A model generated the notes under the pieces. It had not been told where the DNA came from. It worked only from the letters and a program-made list of their open reading frames with translations, and ran no database searches. Made by a program: the position numbers and the translations under genes. Below are positions 58,330-64,000 of a stretch of DNA of 64,000 nucleotides, piece by piece; position 1 is the stretch's first letter, and each line of letters starts with the position of its first letter. The stretch is from Leucoraja erinacea. Taxonomy: Eukaryota. The stretch lies in assembly GCF_028641065.1 (NCBI RefSeq), contig NC_073387.1, positions 22,010,001-22,074,000 on the forward strand. The letters run 5' to 3'.

Positions 58330-59490
58330 TACCAGTTCCCTCCCACTGATTCCTATACCTGTGTGGAACTCGTCAACTTTAATAACATTGTCACCAATTG
58401 TCACCCTACCCTCAAATTCACCTGGACTATCTCTGACATGTCCCTGTCTTTTCTGAACAGCCCCATTCCATAACACATTCTATCTCTCGATATTTGATAT
58501 AAATCCATGAATTCCCATAGCAACGACTACACCCACCCCACCCCACCCTCCAGCTTGCTCCCTGAAATGACAGCACCGCATTTTTTCTCAGTTACTCAGT
58601 TTCCCCAGCTGCATCTGTTTCCAAGATAATGTTTTCTATTTGAGGATTTCTGAAATGTTCTCCATCTGCCAGAAATGTGGATAGAAGCTAAATGCTGGTG
58701 TAACTCAGTGGCTCAGGCAGCATGTCTGGAGGAAAAGAATAGGTGACATTTCAGATCGGTACCCTCCTTCGGTGTGGGGCTTTCCCTCTGCCATTCTTGA
58801 TGCATTTCCGCACACTTTCCTCTATTTCCTGCACATCTGCTCTCGTGTTCTCCCGTCACAGAGAGAGCACGGACAGCGTTTCCTTGGTTCTCACTGTGTA
58901 CCCCCACTACCCTCCTAGCGCGGCATATCATGCTTCGTCGTGTTCATCAGCAACAATGGGGTCGCGCCACCGAAGCAGCCATTCGCTCCCACCTGTTTAT
59001 TCTTTCCACAGGGACCACTTCCTCCACTCCTCCTCTCCCAGCAACCCATGGCGCATCTTCTTGCAACAGTAGGCGTTGCAACACTTGGCCTTTCATCATC
59101 TCACTCACCACCATCCATTGATCCAGATGACTCTTTGAGGCAAACTATCACGTCCAACATTCAGTGCTCACTGTGCGGCCTCCACTACAATGTACTTCAG
59201 TACTGGGCGACTGTTCTGCAGATCACCTGTGTTCTGTCCATGATGGCAATCCCGAGCTTCACATTCCATGGTATTAAACCCCTTTCCTCCATCCATACTG
59301 ACGTTGGTCTTCTCCACCACCAATGTGTCTCTTTACAATGAGATGCCGCGCATTCGTGCACCACAAGTAAGGTGCTACACGCTGATTGTACCCATCTGCC
59401 AATTCACCCTCCCTCGCCTGTACCCACCTATCACTGCCAGTCTTTGTCCTGACCCGCTGAGTTCTTCCAGCTCTTTGTGTGTTTGCTTAA
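58330..59490 (+). mobile_element. Decayed Penelope-like element (RT C-terminus and GIY-YIG remnants)
   Basis: ELVNFNNIVTNCHPTLKFTWTISDMSLSFL resembles Penelope RT; the downstream sequence resembles 62760-63160. Confidence 0.6.
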
Positions 59491-60907
59491 CGATTGAGGC
59501 AGATACAATTTATTATGTCAGGAACGTCATAATTAATCGTGTAAACTTTGACGATGATTTTCCCCGAAGTACGCTGCCACAATAAAATTATTTGGCCAAA
59601 TTTGCGATACAAATAGCCGAGAAACTTCATCCATTTCAGTAATTCCAAGATTTTTCCCACTCACGTGACCATTGCCAATTTTTATCCGCAATTAAATAAA
59701 TGTATTACGGTTAAAAAATATTGAAGATCGTTGAATAAAAGAAGACCAAACACAAACGTCATAATTAAGGCCAAAATTTAACATTGGAAGAAAATGCAGA
59801 ACGTCGGCTCTTTGAAATCAGAAATAACAAAGAATAACGTTTGGGGACAAGGAAATACGTACTGGAAATAGGAGAGCGGATTTTAGCTTATGGCGAGAAA
59901 TGAGACTAGAACGTCTCCGAATTAACTAATTTTTATCACGACTATCTGTTCCATTTCCAGAATCCTTTGGACATATTTTTTGAAGATTTAACGTTGGGAC
60001 GTGGAACCTAAAATCGTGAAACACGGGAATGCCATTCTGGGGGTATGTTTTCAATCACCATTCCAGCACCTTTACCGCTTCAAGTTTGTTTGTGCTTGCA
60101 GTACATATTGCTGCAAGTCCACTGCACCTGATCAGCGACCATTCTGAACATATCCACAATGTGTGGATGAATGTACCGTCGCCCGAATACAAGATTAATC
60201 TGCCTTGATGCTTTCCCTGGTCTTGTGTATCCTTACAATGAAAAGTCACGCACCCAACAACCACAGGTATGATGTTACCTTCTGTAATCTGACCTCTGGT
60301 TCAAAAATCTGCGAGTTTGGAAACGTACGATGAGAAGTGAAAATTACATATTTAAAGATGGATGAATGGTCAGTTTAAGATATATTGTAGACTATGGATT
60401 TTGTAAAGAAGATGTGAGGGGTGCAATAATGGAGACTCTGACAAACACGTTATAATTCTTTCTCGCGACTGTCGTAGCGCAACAGATTACGAAGAACTAT
60501 TAATCCTGTTCAAAAAGTTAAAAAAGTATTATTACACTCAGTAGTCGAATAATAGGGATGGGGGGAAACGAAACACACATTATATGCACGACGATGGAAA
60601 GTTTTGACTAACTTATGATTTTCTTTAAGAGAAGAATAGAGAATGAAGTTGATATGAATTTCGTTTGGAAGGAGGAACTTTTGATATGAAGGAAGAATGG
60701 TCGGATCTTTGAATAAAACAACAGACAATGAACACGGAATTCGGATGTGGAAAATTATGAGCACCTGGGTAAAATGGGCAGGAGGGCTCCAAATAAATTG
60801 GCAGAGAGGCCACACGTATGCGAGGCTTCATGTGAGATGTTCTTCATAATGGGGAAAGAAGTGGAGGAGGGTTCTGGACTTCTCTGGCGAAAAAAAAAGT
60901 AATTCGG

Positions 60908-61322
60908 TAGTTTAGTTCAGTTCAGTTTAGTTTAGTTTAGTTCAGTTCAGTTTAGTTTAGTTTAACTTCGTTGAGTTTAGTTTAGATTAGTTACGTTTAG
61001 AGATGCAGCATGGCCACAGGCCCTTCGGCCCATCGAGACCACGTCGACCACTGCTCGCACTTTCGCCCAAGTCCTATGTTATTCCATTAATGCATTCACA
61101 CTTTTACGCACTAAAGGCACTTTTACGCATTTAAAGGTATAATTAACATCCAGACCGCCATGTTTCTAGGATGTTGTGGGTGTGGGGGTGGGGTGGGCGG
61201 GGAACCCACGTGTTCGCAAGAAGCACGCGCAAACCTCGCATAGTCAGCACCCCAAGTCAGGATCGAACCCGAGTCTCTAGCACTGTTAACTGGCAACTGC
61301 GAGATGCGCCACTGTGTCGTCC
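60908..61322 (-). mobile_element. tRNA-type SINE with expanded (TTTAG/TTCAG)n tail
   Basis: Microsatellite at 60908-61000 abuts the SINE 3' end. Confidence 0.65.
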
Positions 61323-62490
61323 ATGGATCCCTGGCAAAGTTTGGGTTAATCGGATTGTAATGGGGGCAGTTGTGAGAGAACCTGACAGATCGCGAAGTGT
61401 ACAGTTGGAAAACTTAAGTATAAACTGTTCCAATTCGCAGACGGGTCAAGAACATAGAAAGCACAGAATGTTACCAAACCAAAAGTTGCATAAGGAGAAT
61501 TTTATTTTCCGCAATTCATCGGTAGGGTCTGGGGTGCACTGATAGTGATGGTAACTAGATTACGATATTCGATTTAGGAATCAATACCTTTATAGGATAT
61601 TGGTATTAGTGAATTAAATGGCCCTGATGTCAAAGAAGAGTTAAGAGTGTTTTATTGTCAGTAGCCCCGAAACAGAACAATGAAATTCGTATTTGCAGCA
61701 GCACAACAGATATATAAATAATTGCAAATTGTCCCTTGTGTGTAGGATAATGCTAGTGTACGGTGTGATCGCTGGTCGGCGCGGACTCGGTGTGCTGAAG
61801 GGCACGTTTCCGCGCTGTATTTCTAAAGTCTAAAGTCCAAATGTAGAAATTCCTCCATAAGGAGGCATGAATTAACTGTCGTACATAGGGATGGCAATTT
61901 AGGCGTTGTGAATTTACGTCATGAAATGTTGTGAAATACATAAGCTTTATTGTGTGGACTGGTTACAAGAGTTATTGACCATAAGGTATGACAGCCTGGC
62001 AAATACCATTACGTAAACGATGATTCGATGATGTTTCTTCCAAGGGCAAAGTATCTCGAACTCGTCGACTTAAAGTGTTAATTGCATTTATTTCATTCAC
62101 AGTATTGCCCGTGGACATTTCAAGCACAATCTGCTTTCTTTTTAATTTCACATTCCAGCATCTGCAGATCTTGATCGTCGATTTTTATTCAAAGTCTTGT
62201 TCATCTTTTTTTACACACTGCATATGGTTATTGTCCACGTTTTAGGATTGTAAAATTCACAGCAAATATATGGAAACCTGCGAGATTACAGATACAACTT
62301 CATATGCCGCAAACAGATATATATGATGCAAACAAAAATAAATTGTGGGTTGAGCCATAAACCATCCGCGGGCTATAGTCACACAGCGTGGAAACAGCCG
62401 CGTCAGACCAACTTCCTCACAACGACCAACATGTCGCATCTACACAAGTCCCACCTGCCTGCGTTTGGCCCGTCCCTATAAACCTGTCTG

Positions 62491-62746
62491 GTCACACAGA
62501 GAGTGGTGAATCTCTGGAACTCTCTGCCACAGAGGGTAGTTGAGGATTGTAAAGTTCATTGTTTATATATTAAGAGGGAGTTAGATGTGGCCCTTGTGGC
62601 CAAGGGGATCAGAGGGTATGGAGAGAAGGCAGGTACGGGATACTGAGTTGGATGATCAGCCCATGATCATATTGAATGGCGGTGCAGGCTCGAAGGGCCG
62701 AATGGCCTACTCCTGCACCTAATTTCTATGTTTCTATGTTTCTATG
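62491..62746 (+). mobile_element. CR1-like LINE 3' end with (TTTCTATG)n tail
   Basis: agagagtggtgaatctctggaactctctgcc...gaatggcctactcctgcacct. Confidence 0.8.
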
Positions 62747-62759
62747 TCCTATCCATGTA

Positions 62760-64000
62760 AACACAAAATGCTGGAGTAACTCAGCGGGACAGGCAGCATC
62801 TCTGGAGAGAAGGAATGGGTGACGTTTCGGGCCGAGACCCAAATGGGAGAACTGGGAAACGGGAGGGGGATGGAGAGAGAAGGAAAGCAAGGGCTATTTG
62901 AAGTTAGATAAGTCAATGTTCATACCGTTGGGGTGTAACTAAGTTACACAAGCGAAATATGAGCTGCTGTTCCACCAATTTGCGCTGGGCCTCACTCTGA
63001 CAATGGAGGAGGCCCAGGACAGAAAGGTCAAATTGGGATGGGAGGGGGAGTTAAAGTGCTGAGCAACCGGGAGATGGTAGGTTAAGGCGACTGAGCACAG
63101 GTGTTCAGCGATATGATCGCTGAGCCTGCGCTTGGTCTCCCCGATGTACAGAAGTTGATGCCTATATAACCATATAACCATATAACAATTACAGCACGGA
63201 AACAGGCCATCCCGGCCCTTCCTGACCGTGCCGAGCACTTACTCTCACCTAGTCCCATCTACCTGCACTCAGACCATAACCTTCCATTCCTTTCTCGTCC
63301 ATATACCTCTCCAATTTATTTTTAAATTATAAAATCGATCCTGCCTCCACCACTTCCACTGGAAGCTTATTCCACACAGCTACCACTCTCTGAGTAAAGA
63401 TGTTCCCCATCATGTTGCCCCTAAACGTATGTCCCTTAATTCTCAAATCGTGTCCTCTTGGTTGAATCTTCCCTACTCTCAATGGAAAAGCTTATCCACA
63501 TCAACTCTGTCTATCCCTCTCATAATTTTAAAGACCTCTATCCCCCCTTAACCTTCTGTGCTCCAAAGAATAAAGACCTATCTTGTTCAACCTTTCTCTA
63601 TAACTTAGGTGCTGAAACCCAGGCAACATTCTAGTAAATCTCCTCTGTACTCTCTCTAATTTGTTGACATCTTTCCTATAATTTGGCGACCAAAATTGTA
63701 CACCATATTCCAGAATTGGCCTCAGCAATGCCCTGTACAATTTTAACATTACATCCCAACTTCTATACTCAATGCTCTGATTTATAAAAGCCAGCACACC
63801 AAAAGCTTTCTTTACCACCCTATCTACATGAGATTTCACCTTCCGGGAACTATGCACAGTTATTCCTAGATCCTCCGTTCTACTGCACTCCTCAATTAAC
63901 TACCATTTACCTTGTACATCCTATTTTGATTTGTCCTGCCAAGATGTAACACCTCACACTTATCACATGGGAGAGCGGATACAGTAGATGAGGTTGGAGG
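62760..64000 (-). mobile_element. Penelope-like GIY-YIG endonuclease 3' end, split by a CR1 insertion
   Basis: SNLIYCIR (63965-64000) | QLLYIGETKRRLSDHIAEHL..LPVAQHFNSPSH (to ~63160). Confidence 0.8.
63163..63964 (-). mobile_element. CR1-like LINE 3' part with (CCATATAA)n tail
   Basis: ORF 63528-63857 [49 protein letters not shown]. Confidence 0.9.

Noticed and set aside
60908-61000. Short periodic repeats as a CRISPR-like array
   Set aside because: This is a pentanucleotide microsatellite tail of a SINE in eukaryotic DNA, with no spacers.

Overview
Vertebrate genomic DNA, probably from a cartilaginous fish (skate/ray-like; inferred from the SINE, CR1 and Penelope repeat content). The window is part of a clustered-protocadherin-type tandem array: nine large variable-type exons (V1-V9, numbered by coordinate), all on the minus strand. 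An intact exon encodes a signal peptide, six cadherin repeats, a TM segment and a short tail with the motif YSVCLSPESAKSDFLFLKP. Eight exons have a conserved CGCT-box/CCAAT promoter. V1 runs off the window. V4 has lost its promoter, signal peptide and EC1 by a ~1.15 kb deletion. V7 has a frameshift in its signal peptide. V2-V9 all end in their own stop codon, and no constant exon is visible. V2-V6 are recent ~6.7 kb whole-cassette duplicates. The most notable accessory feature is a 1.24 kb insertion bounded by inverted termini that carries a decayed ZFP36/TIS11-family coding fragment; empty paralogous sites are present in the same window. The spacers also hold a nested CR1/Gypsy insertion with an internal inversion, plus RTE, Penelope and CR1 fragments and tRNA-type SINEs. 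Repeat boundaries are approximate and read by eye.
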